DNA from: Fuerstiella sp.
GTDB lineage: Bacteria; Planctomycetota; Planctomycetia; Planctomycetales; Planctomycetaceae
Assembly (NCBI GenBank): GCA_022447185.1
Contig: JAKVAY010000064.1
Location: forward strand, 1-44,667
Reading direction: 5' to 3'
DNA: 44,667 bases
Of the stretch, positions 29,305-38,645 are shown one piece after another. Positions within the stretch are counted from its first letter, which is position 1. Every line of letters begins with the position of its first letter. A program made the position numbers and the translations under genes. The notes beneath the pieces were generated by a model. It worked only from the letters and a program-made list of their open reading frames with translations, had not been told where the DNA came from and did no database searches.

Positions 29305-32300
29305 TCAATTTGGCTCCGAAGTGAGGAACTCGCCATTGAGGTCGCTGGCTACGATCTCAATCCCGCACAAAATCGGACGCCCGTGAATCGGCTTGAAGGA
29401 AACACGAACGTCACTCTCTGCTTTCACATCTGTGAACTCCCGGACGAACGCCGTATGGCTCCCGCCGGACACCTCTGAAACATCCAGGCGTTCAATCACG
29501 GTTTCCCCCTGCAATTGAACGTCAAAGACGCGCTCGCCGGCACCAAGCGAATCGGGCTCGCTGAAGTGCAGACGCACCGTGTAGCGACTGGAATCTGTTT
29601 CGTTTTTTCCGAGACCAATCGTAATTGACGAAAGACCTTCAATTCCCGAACCCGCCACCCATTCCATGCCATCTCCGCTGACCAGCGACGAATGCTGTCG
29701 AAACCTTCTTTGTTGATCTCCCTGCATATCAACAGAAATGTCTGGCGAGGAGCCTCCCACGTTGGGTGCGTCAAACCACATCGTACCATTGCTGGCCATT
29801 CGATCGCCTGGCGCTCCGAGATTGATACCCACGCGGCGGATACGGTCGTTCTGCTGGTCGAGGGCCAGAGCACTATAGCTCCATACCTCAGATTCCGGCA
29901 GGTGAACCAGTGACAGCGAAGTGAACAGAGAATACCCACACACACAGCCGTGTGCGAAATTCGGAGCATTTAAGACTCCGTTAGCCGGAATCAGGCTGTT
30001 GCGACAACCGGAACGAAAACCGTTGAGCCGCGAAGTTGCTCCCGATTCAATTTCGCAAAACCCCGCGGTATCCGCCCGAAAGGTCATCAGATGCGGACTG
30101 GCAATCGCGTAGTTGCAGTGATGCCCGGATTTGGTGAATTCCCAGTCGACCTGTTTATTTGTCAACGGATGCACCCGAGCGACTCGCTCGCCTGTTTCAA
30201 GATCCCACGACAGTCCTGGTCCACGTTGATCAAGTACTCGATCCTTCCAGACAATCACGCGGTCCCACAGGCTTTCAGGATGCCCTTTAAACCCCTCACC
30301 TTCTGCAGATTGTTTCCAAAGCAGGTCCCCCGTATGTCCCCGAAACGCCATCACATATTTTTTGTTCGTCATCAGCAGGACGTCGCGATCTTCGGAATAA
30401 GCCACCCAGGTGCCGATAATGTCGGAATGTTTTTTCCACTCAAGGTTGCCTGTTGCAAGATCGATGGCCTTCACATGCCGAATATCGGACGCTTTGGGAA
30501 GAAGGCCTCGACGTCTCCAGTCTTTATAAAACCCCTCGAGTGCTCCGTCGTAACAGAAAATTTTCTTACCCCCGACGGCGATGACGGGAAAACTGGATTC
30601 AGCCTCATGAGACCACAGACGTTCACCACTGAGCCGATCGAGCGCAACTATCTCGACCGGAGCGTTCTGTCCGGCCAGCAGTTTTCTGGCATCCGGCAGT
30701 TTGTCTTTGTCAGCATTGAGCGTGCGAAACACGACTGCAATCAACAGTTCGCCTTTGACACGAATACGGCCCCAGTCGTCTGCCGCGTCGGGTAGTCTGA
30801 ATTCGGCCAGTCGTTCACCGGTTGCCGGATCAAGCCGCAGACAGCTTTTTCCGTGCACCAGATAAATTGAGTCTTCGACTGCCAGAAAATGAAAACCGGA
30901 GATTCGATCCTCAAAGTCATTACCTCGACGGCCGGGCAGATAATTCGACTCATCTTCGAGAGCGATTTGCCAAAGAATCCGGCCGGTGTAAACGTCAACA
31001 GATGTCATTTTTCCGGGACCCTGAATAAACATTCGGCCACCGATCACAGCCATGCTCGGCCCCCAAAAATGACGGTTATAAAACAAACTGCCGTCCGAAG
31101 CCGGGCCGCCAAACCACAGAACTCCCAGCGGTGCCTTCACCAGTTGGTCATGCGACATCAGAGTGTTCGAGGCGTCACCGTATTCGTGAGTCCAGTCCGC
31201 TGCACCCGGCAGTGCACCATTCCGGGTAATTTGCGACAACTGACCGGACCGAACGACGTTTGCCTTCGCAAGTTTTGTGTCGCGGACGAGGTTCATAATT
31301 TGCGTATGCCGTGACTCATCGCCTGGCAGATACGCAGTACCACCATACGGTCTAAGGCGGCCGTAGAGTCGTTTCAGGCGATCCGGACTCCGGGTCAGAC
31401 CAAATCGGTGAGGTTCCTCCGAAACCAGAACCGTTGCCAGATAGGGTGGAAGGTCAACGAGGCCCGGATCGCCGACAAGTGCAACAAGGCGTGTACCATA
31501 CAACCCCATACGATCATACTGCTGCCGCAGTTTGTTAACGCGAGCTTCATCCGGATCAACGACGATGACACGCATGTCCGACTGGCGAATCAGCTCGTCG
31601 ATCAGGCCGCCGGACCCAATTCCCAGCGTCACGCAGTAACTATCGTGCGGTCTGGCGTGCATGAGTAAACGATCTGCATGATCGGACCATATCGTCGTCT
31701 TTGCGTTTTCTGCCACGGACAGATTGCGTTGCGAGTGGATTTGAGGCTGGAGCGATTCGGCACCAAAGCATCGAATGGTGCCATCCCTCGTGACAACAAT
31801 CAGCCGACCGTTCGCAGCAAATATCGACGAAGGGTGACCGGAAACACGGGTCCGCCACGAGACCTCGGCGGACCTGTCTGCAACAGGCAAATCGATGGCA
31901 AAGACCTCTTGTCCCTGATGACCGTACAGTCGATCTCCGGCTTTGACATCCACAAGCAGCGGGTTTGACAGCAGCCACTGCTCGTAGTCCTTGTTCGGTA
32001 CTTCGCGAATCTGATCGTTTGGCAGGGACCATCTTTCGGTCAGCAGTGTGACCATCTTTTTGTTGCCGCGTCGATCCAGTTGCTCGACTTCCTTTGGATT
32101 GAGCAGGTCGTAGGCGACAATTCGTCCATTTTCTCCCGCATAGATCATGTCCTCGCCAGAAACAGGTGCCCGAAGGCTCATTCCCAGTTGCCGATTTGCT
32201 GATGTGTCGAACGTCACGGCACCGTGAAACAGCCATTGCCCGCTTGTGGAGACGTGATAGTTAGTGACCTTGCTGGTTGAGTAACGGAAACCAAGAAATT

Positions 32301-33066
32301 CACCAGTCTTTCGATTTCGACATCCAACCACAGATCGTCCCTGAGGAATGAACAGGTTCGTGTCGCTGGCAGCGAGATAGCCCTGAGGCGTCATGTTGTT
32401 CAGTGTTGTCACTTCATGCCGTGGAGCCGTTGCCTGCTGTGAATCGACCATGTTTCCCGTTTCAGCATCAACGGCATACAGAAATGTTCCTTCAAATGGC
32501 CATACACCGGCAGTGAAGTAAATCTGACCATCCAGAAGTACCGGACCTCCCCGGACCGGCCACACCGAAATCAACCGTTCATTCCCAATCACTCGACGCG
32601 TGTTGGGAGCTGCACGGAATCGCCACCTGAGTTCACCGTTGTCAGCGTTCACACAATACAGTGACCCGTCATCGGAACCGAAGTAAACATTCCCGTCAGC
32701 GACCAGTGGTGCAAATCGCACGGGTCCGGCTGCGTAAAAACGCCAGCGCTGGTCACCCGTCGCGAGATCGACCGCAGTAACAGAATCATTACGGGACGAT
32801 CCATAGAACAACGTATGACCTGAAACAACCGGTTCATACGTCGCGTCAAACTGCAGACGCGGATCCTCGGACCACGCCGGCTTCAGACGTGGCAGTTCAA
32901 GTGTCCATTGCAAATGCAACTCTTCGGCAAGCTGCTCCGGAGTCGCAGCGCTTCGCCTGGCATCGAATCGCCACGCTGGCCAGTCTGCACCGTTCACAGA
33001 ACCTAACGACGCCACAGAAATCCCGGTCAGCATGACACACATGATGATTGCCAGGTATTGCCTCAT
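29305..33066 (-). CDS. Giant secreted PQQ-like beta-propeller repeat protein (BamB-like blades) with an internal SAM-methyltransferase-like Rossmann module and a C-terminal malectin-like domain
   Basis: Signal peptide MRQYLAIIMCVMLTGISVASLGSV. Repeated blade motifs occur (VYFGSDDGSLYCVNADNGELRWRF, IYAGENGRIVAYDL, etc.). The internal module is CVTLGIGSGGLIDELIRQSDMRVIVVDPDEARV...LVALVGDPGLVDLPPYLATVLVSEE...LRPYGGTAYL. The C-terminal approximately 150 aa (YTVRLHFSEPDSLGAGERVFDVQLQGETVIERLDVS...ILCGIEIVA) are malectin-like. It is a paralogue of the upstream gene. Confidence 0.8.
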   Translation of the reverse strand: MRQYLAIIMCVMLTGISVASLGSVNGADWPAWRFDARRSAATPEQLAEELHLQWTLELPRLKPAWSEDPRLQFDATYEPVVSGHTLFYGSSRNDSVTAVDLATGDQRWRFYAAGPVRFAPLVADGNVYFGSDDGSLYCVNADNGELRWRFRAAPNTRRVIGNERLISVWPVRGGPVLLDGQIYFTAGVWPFEGTFLYAVDAETGNMVDSQQATAPRHEVTTLNNMTPQGYLAASDTNLFIPQGRSVVGCRNRKTGEFLGFRYSTSKVTNYHVSTSGQWLFHGAVTFDTSANRQLGMSLRAPVSGEDMIYAGENGRIVAYDLLNPKEVEQLDRRGNKKMVTLLTERWSLPNDQIREVPNKDYEQWLLSNPLLVDVKAGDRLYGHQGQEVFAIDLPVADRSAEVSWRTRVSGHPSSIFAANGRLIVVTRDGTIRCFGAESLQPQIHSQRNLSVAENAKTTIWSDHADRLLMHARPHDSYCVTLGIGSGGLIDELIRQSDMRVIVVDPDEARVNKLRQQYDRMGLYGTRLVALVGDPGLVDLPPYLATVLVSEEPHRFGLTRSPDRLKRLYGRLRPYGGTAYLPGDESRHTQIMNLVRDTKLAKANVVRSGQLSQITRNGALPGAADWTHEYGDASNTLMSHDQLVKAPLGVLWFGGPASDGSLFYNRHFWGPSMAVIGGRMFIQGPGKMTSVDVYTGRILWQIALEDESNYLPGRRGNDFEDRISGFHFLAVEDSIYLVHGKSCLRLDPATGERLAEFRLPDAADDWGRIRVKGELLIAVVFRTLNADKDKLPDARKLLAGQNAPVEIVALDRLSGERLWSHEAESSFPVIAVGGKKIFCYDGALEGFYKDWRRRGLLPKASDIRHVKAIDLATGNLEWKKHSDIIGTWVAYSEDRDVLLMTNKKYVMAFRGHTGDLLWKQSAEGEGFKGHPESLWDRVIVWKDRVLDQRGPGLSWDLETGERVARVHPLTNKQVDWEFTKSGHHCNYAIASPHLMTFRADTAGFCEIESGATSRLNGFRSGCRNSLIPANGVLNAPNFAHGCVCGYSLFTSLSLVHLPESEVWSYSALALDQQNDRIRRVGINLGAPGDRMASNGTMWFDAPNVGGSSPDISVDMQGDQQRRFRQHSSLVSGDGMEWVAGSGIEGLSSITIGLGKNETDSSRYTVRLHFSEPDSLGAGERVFDVQLQGETVIERLDVSEVSGGSHTAFVREFTDVKAESDVRVSFKPIHGRPILCGIEIVASDLNGEFLTSEPN

Positions 33067-33170
33067 GTTTACCTTCCCGTGTGGGTGAAGACTGATGTGT
33101 CAGACTGAATTGAGCATTGTTGATCACTTCGCCATGATCAGAATCCGGTAGTCCAATAATTTCCAGTGCC

Positions 33171-36100
33171 TTAGTCCACTCGGACAACTTCGATTGCATT
33201 CAGCAAAGTCGTACCCTGCCTGCCCGTGAGTTCCACAGTCAACGAGTCCGTGACCCTGACTTTTTCAACTTCATGAATTATCGCTTCGCCGGTTTCACCC
33301 GATTGTCCGAGGGCAAGTTCATCCACAGTCGGTATTCCGTTCAGTTTCACAGAAAACGCAGCCGTGTCATTACCTCTGCTGCGTGTGTCAGCAAAGTGAA
33401 GTTTGACTGTATAGTCGGCAGGTGCATCCTCTGCTCCCAGCAATGGCAGTGTGAGTTTTGTGATTCCTTCAGCCATTGAAGAATAGAGCCACGGCGTCTG
33501 AGTGTCAGTTAACGTCAGTGAACTTTCACTGACGCTTTGAAATCCTCCACCACTCACAAATTCAGGCTGAAGATCGAGCTTAATATCCAGAGACGTCTCC
33601 TGGTAGGCCACACGGCGTGGCCAGGAAAGCCAGACAGTCCCGTAGGAATCTCTGCGGTCGCCTGGAGCCCCAAGATTGATGGCCATGTGTTTGACTGGTG
33701 TTTGTACGCCGACGGAACTGTAAATAGACCACGGACGGCGTTCTTCACGTGGTTCAAGAACAACCGTCGAAGCAATTGAGAACTGGCAAACACATCCGGC
33801 ACTCGCTTCCGGAATCATCACCAGACCGTTGGCCGGAATAGCGTTAATCCAGCAACCCAGTCGATGCCCTGCAAAGTGCCGCACACCCGCGTCGTGATTG
33901 AGATCCATGAACCCCGTAAATCCGGATCGGAACATAATCATGCCCGATTCGGAACCCGTCAGCATTCCGCAGTGGTGACCGGTCCGCATCATTGACCAGG
34001 GAACCTGTTCGCCGGTCAGCGGATGAGAGCGTGTAAGCTGTTCGCCGGTCGCAAGATCATACATCCATGGTTCGGCCAGCACCCTGTCTCCAACGATGAT
34101 TGGCCGATTCCGATAATTGGCGTCTTTGGCCCAGAGTTTGTAACCGTCCCGAGCGCGGAGTGCCACCAGTCGCCGACGAGAAAACTCACCCGCAACGAAC
34201 TGTTTCCAGTAGTGACCGTTCGCGTTGGCACCACAAAGAATGAGCATATCATTCTGATACATCAAAGTGAGCATCCCTCCCCCGATTCCGATTTCACTGC
34301 AGTCAGTGACGTCCACCGGTTTCTCCCAACTCTGCGCGCCCGTCCGTGAATCGATCGCTATCGCGCGGCGAATATCGGCATTCTTCAGTCGGTCTTCCGC
34401 AATCTCCCTCTGTTGCCCTGTGAGAAACTCCAGATCGGTTTTGTCAGCAGCGAGAATAGCTGCCCGCTGCAGACTGGTGATCGAGCTGTCAATGAAATAG
34501 ACATGTTTCGGACCGACCGCGATGGTACGGTGGGAAATGCTCTGGCCCTGATAGGTCCACAGATGCTCACCTGTGGTCAGATCAATCGCGAAGACAGCAT
34601 CGGTGGCGTCCTTCGTTTTTCGACCTCGGCGACGCTCTCGTGAGTCGATGTCATCCAGAACCGTTGCGGTTCCGAAAAGCAGATTACCCTGTACCACGAC
34701 ATAGGCCCATGCGTGTTTGCCATCATCGGTCTCTGCAGGAAGTCGGTGAATCCGCACAGTCTCCCCTGTCGCGGCATCGAGCTCAAAGCATTGCCGACCG
34801 ATGAAATGGAACAATCGATCGTCACTGGCCGCCAAATTTCCCGGACTGACGTTTTGGAACACGCCCAGTCGAATTGCTTCGGGATTGTCGTAGTTCCAGA
34901 GAAACTGGCCGTTGTAGGCATCGTATGCCCGGATGGTTGTTTCGCCCTGCACAAACAGACGCCCGTTCGTCGCCAGTGGACCAACTGCTCCGTCGTGACG
35001 GTTGACCATCTCCCCCGGTCCAGGGTCGCCGTACCACAAAACGCCAAGTCCTCCATTGATACGAAGGTCATTACTCACAGCGGTGTTCGCCGGGTTGCCG
35101 TACTGATGAGTCCAGTTCCCCGCGCCCGGGAGCGGACCACGAATGACGGTGGCCCAGCCGCTGCTCGTGAACAACTCCACGTCGTCATCCGTCAGGTCCT
35201 GACTGCTAAAGACACGACTGATCGCGGACAGTGCAGCAGCAGCATCGTTGCTCTCCGGACTCCCCAAACTCAACACGCCCCCTGTTGGTTTAAGGTGTCG
35301 ACTGATCAACGTCAGATCGACTCCCAGTTCTCGCTGTTTGACGAATCGATCACTGACGATCAGGTTCGCGAAGTAATTCGCATAGGGAATGGCCCCCGCA
35401 TCAAACTGGTGCACGGTAATTCGACTGCCGTATAAATCTGTTTTCGCCAGAGCCGCGCGTGCGGCAGCAACCTTGGTGGCGTCTGATTCAACCACATAGA
35501 TCTCGAGCTCACTCCTTCTGGCCAGTTCGAATGCAAGTCTTCCGTACTCCCCATCGACAACCAGACAGTATCCGCGGTGAATGCCGGTGTTCTTCAGAAT
35601 TTGCTCAGCAGCCTGCCTGTATACTGAACTGAACTGATCTTCGGGAAACGGGTTGTCAAGTAACACAGTCTCGTCACTCTGCCGCGTTTCGTTTAGTCCC
35701 TCCGAACCATAACAATAGATCCTGCCCTGATCAGTACTGACCAGCAGATGACCGTCAGCGGTGGCGAGACCCCGAGCATTGCCATCGACCTGCGTCTTCC
35801 AAAGCATCTCGCCGGACTCACGCGAATAGGCAGCTACGTGATCCACACCACCTGCGATGACCAGATTCGCGGTCGCAAGCAGAGCTGCATCGTCAGATGT
35901 TTCCCGTTGCCAGGAGACACCGATGTCGGCAATCTCAATAAGTTCCACGTTGGCGTCCGCCAGACGATCGCGATATTCCTGTTCCCGGTCATCCGGCTTT
36001 CGAAGTTTGCGAGAGAGACTGTAAACTTCCATCTCAAGTTCATGACGTCGCCGGCTGTTAATGGCGTATTCCATGTGGTCCAGTCGTGCAACAACAGTGC

Positions 36101-37100
36101 CTGTCGCAACAAATGAATCATCACCATCAACGACCATCTGGCGACCGGCAAACCACCCGAAGCCAACATCGCCGGTTTTTTGATCCATTGCCAGCAGGTG
36201 ATGCGGGCCACTGGAAAAGATCTGGCCGTTAGCGAGAAGCGCCTGTGTACCACCCACAACACCGCCGGCGGCCGTGCGCCAGCTAAACGAACGCTTGTGA
36301 AGCACCTTTCCTGTTTTTTGATCAATTGCAGCGGGGAGTGAACGCCCCGATGGCACGAACAACAAATCGTCACTGGCCAGAAAGTAGCCCTGAGGCGACA
36401 AATCGTTTCTGCCCGCGTCACGGGAACTGACATCGTCCTGTTTCCAGATAACAGTGCCGCTGGCAGCGTCGACTGCATACATCTGGACATTTTCGTGTGG
36501 AAAGATTCCGGCACCGAAATAGGCGACATTGTCCTGTACCAGCACACCGGAACGCACTGGCCAACGTGAGATCATTTTTCCGCGTGCCAGCAACCAGTCC
36601 TCTTCCGGCCCGGCCCGGAACTTCCATGCGAGATCTCCGGAATCTGCGTTCAGGCTGTAGACATGCCCGTCGTCGGAACCGAAGTACACATGACCGTTGT
36701 CAACTGTGGGTGCGAGCCGAATCGGTGCTCCTGTGAAAAACGACCACAGGCTTCGACCAGTGCTGAGTTCCACACAGTACAGTCGATGATCAACCGAAGA
36801 TCCGAAATAGACCTTTCCGCCGACAATTGCCGGATGAATGGCGTCATCAAATTTGACACGATGCCCAAGCAGTTTCTCCTCAATCACCCGCCCCTCGGCA
36901 CTTGACCAAGCCATTTTCAGCGGCGCAGCGGATTCGTACTGCCATGTTGCCGCAAGAGGCAGTGTGATCGATTCCGAAGTAGTTCCGGTTCGTTCATTAT
37001 TTCCACGATAAGTCGGCCAGTCTGCAGCGGACAACAACAACGGAGTCACAAGGATGCCAAAGAAGGAGACCAATCGACTTGACATGCTGACTGAAAACAT
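33171..37100 (-). CDS. Giant secreted PQQ-like beta-propeller repeat protein, paralogue of the downstream gene; internal SAM-MTase-like module and C-terminal malectin-like domain
   Basis: Signal peptide MFSVSMSSRLVSFFGILVTPLLLSAA. Blade motifs include VYFGSSVDHRLYCVELSTGRSLWSF and VYFGSDDGHVYSLNADSGDLAWKF. The internal Rossmann module is GYCLVVDGEYGRLAFELARRSELEIYVVESD...RITVHQFDAGAIPYANYFANLIVSD...LKPTGGVLSLG. The C-terminus YTVKLHFADTRSRGNDTAAFSVKLNGIPTVDELALG...LLNAIEVVRV is malectin-like. Confidence 0.8.
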   Translation of the reverse strand: MFSVSMSSRLVSFFGILVTPLLLSAADWPTYRGNNERTGTTSESITLPLAATWQYESAAPLKMAWSSAEGRVIEEKLLGHRVKFDDAIHPAIVGGKVYFGSSVDHRLYCVELSTGRSLWSFFTGAPIRLAPTVDNGHVYFGSDDGHVYSLNADSGDLAWKFRAGPEEDWLLARGKMISRWPVRSGVLVQDNVAYFGAGIFPHENVQMYAVDAASGTVIWKQDDVSSRDAGRNDLSPQGYFLASDDLLFVPSGRSLPAAIDQKTGKVLHKRSFSWRTAAGGVVGGTQALLANGQIFSSGPHHLLAMDQKTGDVGFGWFAGRQMVVDGDDSFVATGTVVARLDHMEYAINSRRRHELEMEVYSLSRKLRKPDDREQEYRDRLADANVELIEIADIGVSWQRETSDDAALLATANLVIAGGVDHVAAYSRESGEMLWKTQVDGNARGLATADGHLLVSTDQGRIYCYGSEGLNETRQSDETVLLDNPFPEDQFSSVYRQAAEQILKNTGIHRGYCLVVDGEYGRLAFELARRSELEIYVVESDATKVAAARAALAKTDLYGSRITVHQFDAGAIPYANYFANLIVSDRFVKQRELGVDLTLISRHLKPTGGVLSLGSPESNDAAAALSAISRVFSSQDLTDDDVELFTSSGWATVIRGPLPGAGNWTHQYGNPANTAVSNDLRINGGLGVLWYGDPGPGEMVNRHDGAVGPLATNGRLFVQGETTIRAYDAYNGQFLWNYDNPEAIRLGVFQNVSPGNLAASDDRLFHFIGRQCFELDAATGETVRIHRLPAETDDGKHAWAYVVVQGNLLFGTATVLDDIDSRERRRGRKTKDATDAVFAIDLTTGEHLWTYQGQSISHRTIAVGPKHVYFIDSSITSLQRAAILAADKTDLEFLTGQQREIAEDRLKNADIRRAIAIDSRTGAQSWEKPVDVTDCSEIGIGGGMLTLMYQNDMLILCGANANGHYWKQFVAGEFSRRRLVALRARDGYKLWAKDANYRNRPIIVGDRVLAEPWMYDLATGEQLTRSHPLTGEQVPWSMMRTGHHCGMLTGSESGMIMFRSGFTGFMDLNHDAGVRHFAGHRLGCWINAIPANGLVMIPEASAGCVCQFSIASTVVLEPREERRPWSIYSSVGVQTPVKHMAINLGAPGDRRDSYGTVWLSWPRRVAYQETSLDIKLDLQPEFVSGGGFQSVSESSLTLTDTQTPWLYSSMAEGITKLTLPLLGAEDAPADYTVKLHFADTRSRGNDTAAFSVKLNGIPTVDELALGQSGETGEAIIHEVEKVRVTDSLTVELTGRQGTTLLNAIEVVRVD

Positions 37101-37321
37101 GACATTTCCTTAGCCTGGAGGCATTGTTGAACACGGTGCTGACTGGAGGTACGATATATTGCAGCGGGACCTGAGCCAACGCTTAGAGGGGCTCCGAACA
37201 TTATTTCGTCTGACGACCGTACGATACCAGTAGGGAGAGCAGTCAAATTCGATCTCGTGTTCTCTTAATCGCGTTCTTCGTCGTACTTGTTGCAGTTCAG
37301 GCCATCGCCTGCTCGATTCCC

Positions 37322-38521
37322 GTGTTCCGGTATGCGCTCGAAAACTGGGAGCCGGATCCGTATGTGGCAACGATCCTTCATCGAGGTGAACTGACAACAG
37401 AACAGCTGCAGACAGCCGAGATATTGCGGTCGAACGACTCAGCACAATCAAATGCAGCACATCTGATTGTCAGAACGATCGACCTTGATGCCGAACCGGA
37501 CGCGTTCGCTGCACAGCTCGCAGAGGAGAACAGCGACGGAAAGTTACCTGCGGTAGTTCTCCAGACACCCGCCAGATTCGGGGAACGGGAAACCGTGCTT
37601 GCCGCAGAATTGACACCGGCCAATGTCGTTCAGTTGACGGACTCGCCCCTGCGCAGAGACATCAGTAACAGACTGTTGAAAGGAGACTCTGTCGTTTGGG
37701 TCTATCTCGAGTGCGGTATCCAAGAGAAAGACGAAGAGAAATTCTCCATGTTGTCGGACGAATTAACCCGTCTGCAGGGGGAACTCAAGCTTCCGGAAAT
37801 CGATCAGGAGGATCTTTCAGATCTTGCAGCAGATCCCGAAACACTCAGGATTCGCTTCTCCGCCGTACGACTGTCGCGAGACAACGTTCAGGAATCCGCG
37901 TTCCGTGACATGCTTTTGCATGTGGAACATGACCTCCGTGACGAACCGTATCTCGACCAGCCAATGGCGTTTCCGATGTTCGGTCGGGGACGAGCATTAT
38001 ACGCACTGGTCGGTGACGGAGTGGCTCCCGACCTCATCAGAGAGGCATGCGAATTCCTGACAGGGGCTTGTCAGTGCACCGTGAAGGCCGAAAATCCCGG
38101 AGTGGATATTCTCATGAAGGTCGACTGGGATTCCTTCATCGAGCCCACGGAAACCGTTGATACATCGCTGCCACCACTTGCCGGCTTCACGGGATTTGGT
38201 GACGGGTCTGAAGCAGGCACCACCGGCCTTCAGGTGTCACAGAACACGATCGTACCGGATACGGTAATACCGAATCAGACAATCACACAGAATTCACCGA
38301 CATCCGATTCCAGTGCTGAACCACAACAAATACACATGGACAATCTTCAGACTAAAGATGATCAACCTGTGGTCGGAGACGGTGTCACAAGTGCAGAGGT
38401 GATCGACACACAGTCTCCGTCAACCAACACACTACTGACGAATGTGATCTACGTATTGCTGTTCGCCGGATTTACGGTGGTTGCGGTGACGATTTTTCTC
38501 GCTCGTCTGTCTCGTTCATGA
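37322..38521 (+). CDS. Hypothetical acidic protein with a C-terminal TM anchor; probable 5' extension encoding a signal peptide from a non-canonical ATT start at 37247
   Basis: The first canonical start in frame is GTG at 37322. The same frame is open back to the stop at 37211..37213 and encodes RSRVLLIAFFVVLVAVQAIAC (signal-peptide-like) with no ATG/GTG/TTG. ATT at 37247 is preceded by AGGGAGAG (37232..37239) with a 7-nt spacer. The C-terminus LLTNVIYVLLFAGFTVVAVTIFLARLSRS is a TM anchor. The preceding Thr/Ser/Gln-rich segment looks low-complexity and linker-like. Confidence 0.5.
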   Translation: MFRYALENWEPDPYVATILHRGELTTEQLQTAEILRSNDSAQSNAAHLIVRTIDLDAEPDAFAAQLAEENSDGKLPAVVLQTPARFGERETVLAAELTPANVVQLTDSPLRRDISNRLLKGDSVVWVYLECGIQEKDEEKFSMLSDELTRLQGELKLPEIDQEDLSDLAADPETLRIRFSAVRLSRDNVQESAFRDMLLHVEHDLRDEPYLDQPMAFPMFGRGRALYALVGDGVAPDLIREACEFLTGACQCTVKAENPGVDILMKVDWDSFIEPTETVDTSLPPLAGFTGFGDGSEAGTTGLQVSQNTIVPDTVIPNQTITQNSPTSDSSAEPQQIHMDNLQTKDDQPVVGDGVTSAEVIDTQSPSTNTLLTNVIYVLLFAGFTVVAVTIFLARLSRS

Positions 38522-38645
38522 ATTGTCTTCGTCGTGACCGGTCGTCGTGAGATTCTAAACAGACCGGTGCTGTCAAACTTCGTATCCACGTCTGGTCATT
38601 TCGGTGGCACAGTCAGTTGGATTCATTTTTAGCGATCGTGTGAAC

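Noticed and set aside
30091-30795. 234-aa plus-strand ORF
   Set aside because: It is antisense to the giant PQQ-propeller gene and lacks features.
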